A stretch of DNA of 60,792 bases, taken from positions 1 to 60,792 of the forward strand of contig PNJE01000075.1 in NCBI GenBank assembly GCA_002877915.1, written 5' to 3'. A program made the position numbers and the translations under genes. Origin of the DNA: Candidatus Aminicenantes bacterium (GTDB lineage Bacteria > Acidobacteriota > Aminicenantia > Aminicenantales > Saccharicenantaceae). Numbering within the stretch: the stretch's first letter is position 1; each line of letters starts with the position of its first letter. The notes under the pieces are model-generated. The model searched no databases, was not told the DNA's origin, and saw only the letters and a program-made list of their open reading frames with translations. Shown here piece after piece: positions 39,806-49,205 of the stretch.

Positions 39806-40896
39806 TATTTCTCAAACTTGAGGAATCCGGACATAAATAGAGAGAAAATAAAGCTAATGGCCTCACCTCCATATTTCTTCTTTAGGCTTTTAAGAGTTTT
39901 CTTCCGATCGAGCTCCCTAATTATCTCATAACCCTTCGAGGTTACGGCCAGACCGTCCAGCCCCTTAATCAGGGTGGCTCCTTGTTTTTCTTCCCTCACC
40001 CGAAAAAGAGGAATCGGCTTTAAATCAGACTCGATTAAAAATGGCTTTTCACCAGCGACAGGCAACAGCAGCTGCTTTCTTTTTTCGGCTACATTTTCCA
40101 GGCATAGCTCTATTTCTTCTGACCCCCAACTTTCAAATATTTCTTTCAGGCGGTCTTTTAAAATATTTCCTTCTGGAAAACGGGATTTTCGGCAGGGATA
40201 GATATGGCCATCAGCAGAAATAAAACAAGAGCCCTGAGCTCCCCGGCAGGAAATTTCGGGCAGCCAGAGCTCCGGATTGATTTCAGGAAAACAATCTTCA
40301 AAGACCAAAGGTAACAATCTGTCTTTATAATTGGCAATGAGACTGGAGAATTCTGAAGCCCGATTAAGGCTGTGACCAATTTTTTTTCTCAAATAAACCG
40401 AAGCCGAAGTTTCTAAAAAAACCCTGTCCAGAAGTTTCTTCAGGCTGGAAATCTCTGTTCGGCAATCTATCTCCACCACCGCCCTGGTCCTGAAGCTGGA
40501 ATTTTCCGCTAACTTAAGTTCGTCCAATCTAACTTCGACTTTTTCTTCTGGTTCGGAGGCTTCAATGATTATTCCCAGTTCATCCAGTTTCTTCAGGTGC
40601 CTTAATCCCCACAAGGCAGAGCGAGGATCTTCTCCCAGGTTTCTTACATAAATAACCAAATTAAAATCACCCGGCTGGTCATCAAGTTTTTGTAGCCACT
40701 CAGCAAAAGAAGGAAGTTTGAAACAATCAAATTCTATCTGAAGGGAAAAAACTTCCGATAGCTCTCGAGAGACAATTTCATCAGCCAGTCCAGTATTTTC
40801 CTTAACCTCAATCCGGAAAACAAATGGGCTCAGTTTATCCAGCTGGTGGTTAGTTTTTTTGCTTTCCCTGATTGAGTTTCCGTTTCTCTTTATCAT
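39805..40896 (-). CDS. Degenerate radical-SAM-like protein with SPASM/Twitch Cys cluster and C-terminal PqqD/RRE-like domain
   Basis: No CxxxCxxC motif. Contains CRGAQGSCFISADGHIYPC..GNI and ends in a beta-strands-plus-helices segment (LAVTSKGYEIIRELD..KTLKSL..FIFSLFMSGFL). TAATG-coupled to the rSAM gene. Confidence 0.65.
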   Translation of the reverse strand: MIKRNGNSIRESKKTNHQLDKLSPFVFRIEVKENTGLADEIVSRELSEVFSLQIEFDCFKLPSFAEWLQKLDDQPGDFNLVIYVRNLGEDPRSALWGLRHLKKLDELGIIIEASEPEEKVEVRLDELKLAENSSFRTRAVVEIDCRTEISSLKKLLDRVFLETSASVYLRKKIGHSLNRASEFSSLIANYKDRLLPLVFEDCFPEINPELWLPEISCRGAQGSCFISADGHIYPCRKSRFPEGNILKDRLKEIFESWGSEEIELCLENVAEKRKQLLLPVAGEKPFLIESDLKPIPLFRVREEKQGATLIKGLDGLAVTSKGYEIIRELDRKKTLKSLKKKYGGEAISFIFSLFMSGFLKFEK

Positions 40897-41070
40897 TCGT
40901 TAAATTTTTCTCTTCCTATTTTTATTAACCAATAAAACACTACTAAAATACTATAAAAAAGCAATTGAGAGCAAAACATTTTACCCGAAACTTACCAGCT
41001 GGCCAGCTAAAAAAATCCCTGGGGGCACAATTTTATTTTGCTTTTTATTGCCTCTAAGCCCAAAAAATCC

Positions 41071-41853
41071 TTAACTTTTTTCCAGCTTTGAGGTTATGGC
41101 CTGCCCAATTTTATTCAGCACTTCCTGCACCAGGTTATTATTTATATCCAGCCCACGGGATGGCATTTGAGCAAATTCTATGGCCGTCGGGATCTGGGCA
41201 ATCAGTTCTGTCCCATACCGGCGGGCGAGGTTGTCGGTCTCATTCTGACCGTAAAAATTGGTTTTCTGACCGCAGTGGGGGCAAATAAAATAGCTCATAT
41301 TTTCAACCAGGCCCAAAGCTGGGACTTTTAGCCTCTCGGCCATCTGAATCGACCGTCCAACCACTACCGAAACAAGATCCTGGGGAGTAGTGACAAAAAT
41401 AAAGCCACTAAGCGGGAACTGTTGCATAACCGTTATGGCCACATCCGAAGTTCCAGGAGGCATATCAATTACTAAATAATCCAGTTCTCCCCAGAGAACC
41501 TCTCCCCAGAACTGCTGGATGGCTTTACTCAGCAACGGCCCTCGCCAGATAACCGGCTGCTCCTCGTTATCTACCAGGAAACTAATCGACATAACCTTGA
41601 GTCCCTGTTCAGTCTCCACTGGGCAGATGAAATCGCCGCAAACTTTCATCTGATACTTCGGAAGATGCATAATTCGCGGTATGCTGGCCCCTGTTATATC
41701 AGCATCGAGAATACCAACCGTGAAGTCTTTTTGCTTTAAAGCCACAGCCGTCAGGTAAGTTACCGTTGATTTGCCCACACCACCTTTCCCGCTCATCACC
41801 CCTATCAAGTGCTTAATTTTGTTGGGATTATCTTTTTTTTCTGGCTGACTCAT
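41071..41853 (-). CDS. Mrp/NBP35 (ApbC) family Fe-S cluster carrier ATPase
   Basis: SGKGGVGKST, DADITG, PVIWRGP, DMPPGTSD and ENMSYFICPHC; ATG 41853 after GGAGG. Confidence 0.92.
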   Translation of the reverse strand: MSQPEKKDNPNKIKHLIGVMSGKGGVGKSTVTYLTAVALKQKDFTVGILDADITGASIPRIMHLPKYQMKVCGDFICPVETEQGLKVMSISFLVDNEEQPVIWRGPLLSKAIQQFWGEVLWGELDYLVIDMPPGTSDVAITVMQQFPLSGFIFVTTPQDLVSVVVGRSIQMAERLKVPALGLVENMSYFICPHCGQKTNFYGQNETDNLARRYGTELIAQIPTAIEFAQMPSRGLDINNNLVQEVLNKIGQAITSKLEKS

Positions 41854-42166
41854 TTTTCCTCCGTTTAACTTTTTAAAAAATTCATCCAGACTAAAACAAT
41901 TAAGATTTATTATATACCTTTTGTCCATTTGGACTAAAAGAGAGAGTAGGAAAGATTCGAATAAAGGTCTTCTTGCCCTTCACCATCCGAGATTATCTTT
42001 TCCTTATATCTGGATTAAATTTTAAGAACTTTCGCTTGAAAAGCTCTTCTAAATTGCCACTTGCTCCGCTGAGAAATTCCCGTCTGATTCAGACTGCGCT
42101 TTTTAGCTTAGGTTTAAGGTCAATCTTTAATTGAGCAAACCCATAGGTTATTTAATTTTCTAAAGA

Positions 42167-43513
42167 TTATTTAATTTCCTGAAAAGTATATTCCAGCCGG
42201 CGATGGGGCGGCTGGCGGTAAACGGAAATCAGACTTTCCAGACCATTGGTTCCAACCGCTGAAACCCCAAAAGTCCAGTCATCAATAGAGACATTCGGCC
42301 AGGTAAAAGAATCAACCCGACCGACAAAATAGCCTTGTTTCCAGAATGGTGCCTTGGTATCCTTCTGGTAAATTTTAAAACCGGCTAATTTTCCTTTATC
42401 GCCTTCCCACTTCCAGCGAAGCTCAGCCTCATATCCCTGCCCCCGGCCGAGAAGAGGTGCTCCATGTTCATTGGTCACCTGCGGAGCTTCTGGAGCACAG
42501 GCCAGTGACAGAAGCGAAGCCAGCACCACCCGGGTAACCTCGGCACAATAAGGCACGGAAAGATTTTCTAAAGTATCAGAAGTAGTATGCTGGTTGGAAT
42601 AATTTTCTCTGGCCTCAGTGAATCTTATCCCAGGGAAACCTTCCAGGACAAAAGGAATATGGTCACCACCTCGCCCGAATCGGTCAGCTCGAAAAATTAA
42701 ATTAACCTCGAACTCCGGATAAACCCACTCGGCGATTCTCTTAACATAACGGGCTAACTCCCGGCTGGGAGAATCGTTGGGGTCATCGCTGAACACCCGG
42801 ACCTGGGTAGAATCTAAGTAGCCATTGCCGGCTTTAACATTGGAAATCATATCCATCGTCAGAACTGCTTCCACATTTTTTCCCAGTTGCTTCATTTTTT
42901 GAGCGTAAAGGGTTGAGCCCACCAGTCCCTGTTCTTCTCCGGCAAAAGCTATGAAATGGATAGTGGCTTCTGTCTCGAGCGGCGCCATAATCCTGGCCAT
43001 TTCCAGCAACGCAGCGACACCTGAAGCATCATCATTAGCTCCAGGAGCGGGCGTATTGACATCCTCATAATTGAATTTTCCATCCTTGCTCCTGGCAATA
43101 GAATCATAATGAGCATTAACAATTATGATTCTTTCTTTCCTGGCCTGACCTTTTTTTATAGCCACAATGTTATGAAGCTCAGTATCACGAACAATTCTGC
43201 TGCCTTGCTTCGGCAGAAGATAACCATCATCCACTACCTCCAGGCCTGGAATTTTCTGGAATTCCTTAATTAAATATCGCCGGGCGGCACCAATACCAAA
43301 ATTAACTGCCTTCTGCTCTGAAAGCAGGTTCCTGGTCTTAAAACCCTGCAGCGTTTTTATCGTAGCGGTGATATTCTCTTCTGAAACCTGGTCCAGAGCT
43401 TTCTTCAGTAATTCATAACCACGACCTTCGATTTCTTGACCGGGCAAACTCAAAGAAGCCAGAAAAAATACCAGGAAAAAACAGTTGGCCGTAAGAATTA
43501 GAACTTTTTTCAT
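42167..43513 (-). CDS. Exported M28 family metallopeptidase
   Basis: NAHYDS, GANDDASG, AGEEQGL, DMI and GDH motifs; signal peptide; FN3-like C-terminus. Confidence 0.88.
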   Translation of the reverse strand: MKKVLILTANCFFLVFFLASLSLPGQEIEGRGYELLKKALDQVSEENITATIKTLQGFKTRNLLSEQKAVNFGIGAARRYLIKEFQKIPGLEVVDDGYLLPKQGSRIVRDTELHNIVAIKKGQARKERIIIVNAHYDSIARSKDGKFNYEDVNTPAPGANDDASGVAALLEMARIMAPLETEATIHFIAFAGEEQGLVGSTLYAQKMKQLGKNVEAVLTMDMISNVKAGNGYLDSTQVRVFSDDPNDSPSRELARYVKRIAEWVYPEFEVNLIFRADRFGRGGDHIPFVLEGFPGIRFTEARENYSNQHTTSDTLENLSVPYCAEVTRVVLASLLSLACAPEAPQVTNEHGAPLLGRGQGYEAELRWKWEGDKGKLAGFKIYQKDTKAPFWKQGYFVGRVDSFTWPNVSIDDWTFGVSAVGTNGLESLISVYRQPPHRRLEYTFQEIK

Positions 43514-43642
43514 TTTTTCTCTCCACGACGATAAAACCCAATAAAGATCCACCTACGGTCATTTCTTTAAACCATTTATTTAAAGCACTAGATTGTTCTT
43601 TTCCCAAAAAATTACGGTCGCTTTTAAATAGGCCTTTAATTT

Positions 43643-46600
43643 TTACTTTTTCGGATAAGGCGGAACAGCCGGCATTTTCGGCTCGTTGGTCTTCAGCTGT
43701 TCCATTATTACCTCAATAGCTTTGTTCAGCTGTTCATCTACTCCTTCATATTCCTTGGCTGGGTCGTTATCCACATAAATATCAGGCTCAACTCCCTCCC
43801 CTTCAATTATCCACTGTCCCTGCAAACTATATGGGGCAAATTCCGGCTTGTTAAGATAACCGCCATCAATTATCGGCAGGCTTCCCCGAATTCCTATAAC
43901 TCCGCCCCAGGTTCTTTTGCCAATAAGTTTTCCCAGCTGGTAATGCCGGAAGCGATAAGGGAAAATGTCTCCATCAGAAGCAGAAAATTCATTAATCAAG
44001 CAAACCTTGGGTCCCATGATAAGAGCCGCTGGATCCCATCTGGGTATCGACCCCCGGGCAATCTCAACAAAGGCGGCCTGCCGGGCTAATCTTTCGATTA
44101 ACATTGGAGAAACATTTCCGCCTCCATTTCCCCGCACATCAACGATGATGGCTTTTTTGTCTCTTTGCGGATAAAAATGTTTTACAAATTCATTGAGACC
44201 ACTGACCCCCATATCTGGAACATGAATATAAGCCACCTGACCGTTGGTCGCTTTCTCTACCAGTTGAGTGTTAGTCCTTACCCAGTTGTAATAATATAGG
44301 CTATTTTCTCGGGCAATCGGAACAACCACTATTTGACGGGCGCCTTTTTCCACCGGTTGAGAATTTATTTTAAGAGTTACCTGTTTACCAGCTGTATTTA
44401 AAAGCAACTCGTAAATGTCCTTAACTTCATTTACCGGCTTTCCATTAACCGCCAAAATATAATCTCCTTCCTTAACGTTCAGCCCTACCTCGGTCAGAGG
44501 CGAACGCAATTCTGGGTCCCAGTTCTGTCCTTCAAGTATTTTCTCGATCCGATAAAAGCCAGTATTTTTATCACGTTCCAATTTGGCTCCTAACCGACCT
44601 ACCGAAATCCGCTCGATCTTGGGTAAATCACCACCTCCAACATACGTATGGCCGCAGTTGAGCTCTCCGATCATCTCTCCAATGACATAGGTTAGATCGG
44701 CCCGGTGATTAACCGATTTAGCCAGGGGTTCGTATTGGAGCCTGACCTTTTCCCAATCAACCCCGTTCATATTGGGGGCATAAAAGAAATACTTCATCTG
44801 GCGCCAACATTCGTTAAAGATCTCCACCCATTCAGCCCGACGGTCGAGCGTCATTTCGAGGCCGCTCAAATCGAGCTTTTGTTCAATCTTCAGAGGGGCC
44901 ACAGGCAGATCAATGATGGCATAATCTTTTCCCTGAGCCACCAGCATTTTTTTCTGGTCAGCGGAAATTATATAACCAGAAACCTTGCCCAGTTCTTTTT
45001 CTTCCTTTTTAGAAAGATCATAATATTCGAGAACGCTCTGCCGATCGGTTAGAGATCTTCTAAGAAAATAGAGTTTATCTCCTACTGAGGTTAGAGCAAA
45101 ATAATTAGCCACCTCGACTGGCAAGGCCACAATCCTATCCTTGAGCCCGGCTTCATCCACTCGGACAGTTACTTTTTCTGCTGCCGGTTTTTCAGCCGCC
45201 GGCTTCTCTTTTTCTGTTTTTCCTGCTTTGATTGGCTCAACCGCCGGGGCAATTTTCACCTCATCGCTTTTTGGTTCGAAAGGCGATTTGACTCCGGCAT
45301 TTAAGGTTACCAGGTAAATCCTGGACATTGAAAGATAAGCATGGTCAAACTCGGTTCGGCTATAAACCGGATTAAAATCGCGATCAGAAACAAAGAACAG
45401 GTACTGCCCATCTGAGCTAAAGCAGGGTGAATAGGAAGAATACCAATAATCGGTCGCCTCGATCGTCTTTCCAGTGGTCAAGTTATAAAGGTAAATTTTA
45501 TCTACATAGTTTATTTCCTGCTGGGAATAGGCAATCCAGTTGGAATCAGGAGACCAGGCATAATCGTGAATTTCCCAGACTTTTCCCTTAGCCACCTCCA
45601 CCACTTGCTTTTTATCGAGATCAAAATAACGGAGGCGGAACAGCCGGTCTGACCAAAGGATTTTTTTGCTATCGGGTGACCAGCTGAGGGAATATAAGTA
45701 GGTATCTGAATTAGAGGTCAGCTGGGTCGGTGGAGCGGAGCCATCCTGGGGCAGGAGATAAATTTCATCTCGGCCACTTTTATCAGAAATGAAGGCAATC
45801 CACCGGCCGTCAGGGGACCAAGCAGGTTCGCGCTCATGAACTCCGGAAGTATTGGTAAGATTGCGGGTATTGCCGTTTTTGGCCGGAACAGTAAAAATTT
45901 CTCCCCGGGCTTCAAAAAGAGCCCGGGAGCCAGATCGGCACCAGCGATCATCTCTGAAACCTTGACCAGCTCGGTGCGGGAACCGATTTGATCATCGGCT
46001 ATATAAACTGGAATTTTATTTACTTTTTCTGTGGCTAAATCCAGCTTATAAAGATAGCCGCCGTTTTCGAAAATAATGGCCTCAGGTCCAAGAGAAGGAA
46101 ACTTGATATCATAATCTTTAAAATCAGTTACCTTCCTGGTTTCCTTGGTCTTCAGATCATAGACATAAATATTGAAGCGCTTGTTTTCGTCCCGATCAGA
46201 CAAAAAGTAAATTCGATCGCCGCTCCACATCGGGATAATGTCTGAAGCTGGATTATTGGTTATATTTTCTGTTTTCTTGGTCTTAAAATCATATATCCAG
46301 ATATCATCAACCATCCCCCCACGATATCTTTTCCAGGTGCGAAATTCCCGGAAGATGCGATTGAAGGCCAGCTTAGAGCCATCGGGAGAATAGGAACAGA
46401 ATCCTCCCCGGGGTAAGGGCAATTCTTCAGGAGTTCCCCCTTCTTTTGGAACCAAATAAAGATGTCCATTGAAGTCATTCCACTCGGCCATCCGGGAACG
46501 GAAAATAATATTCCGGCCATCAGGAGTCCAGCCCATGACAATATTGTTTGGCCCCATCCGGTCAGATATATCATCGCGAGTTAAAACAGGGGTATAAGTC

Positions 46601-46941
46601 AGGCGAACCGGCACTCCCCCTTCGGCTGGCATAAGATAAACCTCGCGGTTGCCATCGTATTCGGCTGTAAAGGCTAAATATTTTCCATCAGGAGAAAAAC
46701 GAGCAAAAGCTTCATAGCCAGGGTGAGAAGTTAATTTTCGAGCCACCCCGCCAGAGGCTGGAACAGTATACAAGTCTCCGCCATAAGAAAAGACAACCGT
46801 ATCTTTATAAATGGCTGGAAAACGGAGCACCCGGGCTTCTTCACTCGAAGCCATTAGAGGCAGGCCTGAAAAGCTTATAATTAAAATTAAAAAAATTACT
46901 GGCCAGAACCAACTAAGCCCTCTCTTGGCTATAGTTTTCAT
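43643..46941 (-). pseudogene. Tricorn protease (S41B, beta-propellers plus PDZ) split by a frameshift near 45920-45932
   Basis: ORF 45718..46941 has the signal peptide and first propeller (LRFPAI, FSPDG repeats); ORF 43643..45604 has PDZ and S41 motifs (DVRGNGGG, SASDGD, RTWGG). The frame of the second ORF is open and tricorn-like (RALFEARGEIFTVPAKNG..WSPDG) from ~45925. Confidence 0.88.
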
Positions 46942-47113
46942 ATTCTTCTTCCTTTTTCTTGATGATTTTCATTGTATTACTCTATTCGGTTTTCTGGCAA
47001 GAAATTTTTTCTCTTAAATCCAAACAGGTTTTTGGCTTAAGCTAACTGTTTTTTAAAAAAGAACCTACGCCTTTGGGATTTATTCAATAAAAGATTATTG
47101 GAGCTTTATCCAG

Positions 47114-49192
47114 TTAATTTTTTTTATCGTCCTTTTTAATTTTCTTTTCTAATTCTGAAATAAAACTCTCCTCAACTTTAAACCCAGCTTGAATAGCTTT
47201 TTGGCAGAATTCCCAGCTTAAATTATATTTTTTCTGATGAAAATAAATTACAGCAATATTATTGTACAAAAGTCCATTTCGCCGATCATTTGGATTCAAA
47301 GAGACCGCTTTCAAAAAGAGCTCCAAAGCCCGCTCTTCATTGTTGAGCGATAATTCCACTGTTGCCAGATTCATCAAGGCGTCCCGGTCCTCTGCCTTTA
47401 ATTTCAGGGACTTTTCCAGAACAGCCCGGGACTCTTCCAGCCTGTTTTGCTGGGCTAAAGCAATCCCCAGATTGTTATAAGCCAAAGCCAGGTCTGGTTG
47501 TTCACTAATCGCCCTTCTGGCTTCTTCCTCTGCTTCTTTCCAATCCTTTTTATTCATATAGGCATAACTCAAATTGACATTGAGAGCTGGATTCCGATAA
47601 CCAAGTTCTCGGGCCTGTTTCAAATAGCCGATGGCTTTATCCCAATCTCCCACTTGAAGATAATAAAGACCAAGGCCGGCATAGCCCTCAGCAAAATTCG
47701 GCTGCAATTTTATAGATTTCCAAAAGAATTCCTTCGCCCGTTCCCATTGTCCTAAATCCGAAGCCGCCACTCCCAGGTTATACCAGGCCTTTTCATAAGT
47801 GGGATCTAAATCTAAGGCCTTTTGATATTCTTGCTGAGCCTCTTCCACCCTGCCCTCCTGCCGCCGGAGATTACCCAGAATATTATGAGCTGAAGCTAAC
47901 TCCGGATCTATTTTAATCGCCCTTTCTACATAGTATTGTGCTTTCTTCAGTTGCTTTAAACGCAGGTATAAATCAGCCAGGTTAGAATAACTCAAGGCAA
48001 ACTCCGGTGCCAATTCTACGGCCTTCTGGAATTCTCTTTCGGCTTCCTCAAGCCGGCCCTCCCGCAGATAAATTTCGCCCAGGTTATTATGGGCTTCTAC
48101 CATCACTGGACTCCGACGTAAGGCTTCTTGATAAGCCTTCTCCGCTTCCTGCAGCTGGTTTAATTTACTATAGGCTATTCCTAAGTTAAAAAGGACAACT
48201 GATGGCTGGTAATCGTTTTTTAGAATAAACTGATAAATAGCCACCGACTTATCAACCTCACCCGACCTTCTTAAGGCGATAGCTTTAAGGTTTAAGGCTT
48301 CAAAGTCATCCGGATTTATTTTCAAGGCTTCTTCGCAAAACTTAACGGCCGGCTGATAATTCTTCTTTTCTAGCTCAATTTGAGAAAGCATTAAAAAACA
48401 ATCGCTGAGACAGCGATAAGGATTCAAATCGACTGAATCCAATCCAGAAGGATGAGGCCGGTTGGCCTCATTAAAAAACTGGGTCGGTCTAACCAGGCGA
48501 AGTATTTTTTCCCTTATTTTCAAGTAATATTCTTCGATTGAAGATTGAATTTCTACTGGCCAGGGAAATTTATATCGCTCGAACCGGCGGTTCCGGCCGA
48601 GCCTGATAATGGCCTGGTTATCCGAATCAAACCGATTGCCACTGCCGTGGCAGCTCATCACGGAATCTTCCATCGGAACATGAACTCCCCCAAAGGCGTG
48701 CCCTAACTCGTGAGCCAGCAGGCGTTTCAATTTTTCCTGCTCTGGCGTATAAATTATAATTACAACTGCCGCTTTAAAAACAGAAATCCCCGAATATTCC
48801 TGATCAATTCCTTTCTGGCCGGTAACAGCTAACAAAATATCTGCTTTTTTGTTTCGCTGAAAAGACCCCAGGCTATCGGCCAGAGCCTCAACCTTTTTTA
48901 AATTATTTTCAGAATAAAAACTGGACCAACCCAGCAGGTTGAACCTCAGGCCGAAAAGCTCCTCAAACTCCGCAGAAACCTCTGATAAAGCTTTTTCTAC
49001 CTTCTGTCGACCATCGGGAATGGCCGCAAACTCTTCATCACCTATCAGCTGAAGATTAACTTCCCTCAAGCTGATTTCTGTCGACTGGCCAGGGTTTTCC
49101 TGGCATAAAAGCGCTGGCGAATTATAGAAAATAAAATTAAAACTCAGACTAAGAAATGTTAGGAATTTTAAGTAAATTAAAAACCGACTCAT
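47114..49192 (-). CDS. Exported metzincin-like zinc peptidase domain plus TPR array
   Basis: Signal peptide; HELGHAFGGVH (HExxHxxGxxH) followed by an SVMS Met-turn; about 11 TPR repeats. Confidence 0.85.
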   Translation of the reverse strand: MSRFLIYLKFLTFLSLSFNFIFYNSPALLCQENPGQSTEISLREVNLQLIGDEEFAAIPDGRQKVEKALSEVSAEFEELFGLRFNLLGWSSFYSENNLKKVEALADSLGSFQRNKKADILLAVTGQKGIDQEYSGISVFKAAVVIIIYTPEQEKLKRLLAHELGHAFGGVHVPMEDSVMSCHGSGNRFDSDNQAIIRLGRNRRFERYKFPWPVEIQSSIEEYYLKIREKILRLVRPTQFFNEANRPHPSGLDSVDLNPYRCLSDCFLMLSQIELEKKNYQPAVKFCEEALKINPDDFEALNLKAIALRRSGEVDKSVAIYQFILKNDYQPSVVLFNLGIAYSKLNQLQEAEKAYQEALRRSPVMVEAHNNLGEIYLREGRLEEAEREFQKAVELAPEFALSYSNLADLYLRLKQLKKAQYYVERAIKIDPELASAHNILGNLRRQEGRVEEAQQEYQKALDLDPTYEKAWYNLGVAASDLGQWERAKEFFWKSIKLQPNFAEGYAGLGLYYLQVGDWDKAIGYLKQARELGYRNPALNVNLSYAYMNKKDWKEAEEEARRAISEQPDLALAYNNLGIALAQQNRLEESRAVLEKSLKLKAEDRDALMNLATVELSLNNEERALELFLKAVSLNPNDRRNGLLYNNIAVIYFHQKKYNLSWEFCQKAIQAGFKVEESFISELEKKIKKDDKKN

Positions 49193-49205
49193 GGCTAGAT
49201 AATTT

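Noticed and set aside
40997-41010. Short AGCTGGCCAGCT palindrome between apbC and the rSAM operon
   Set aside because: It is a loop-less 12-bp palindrome, too short to call a terminator or operator.
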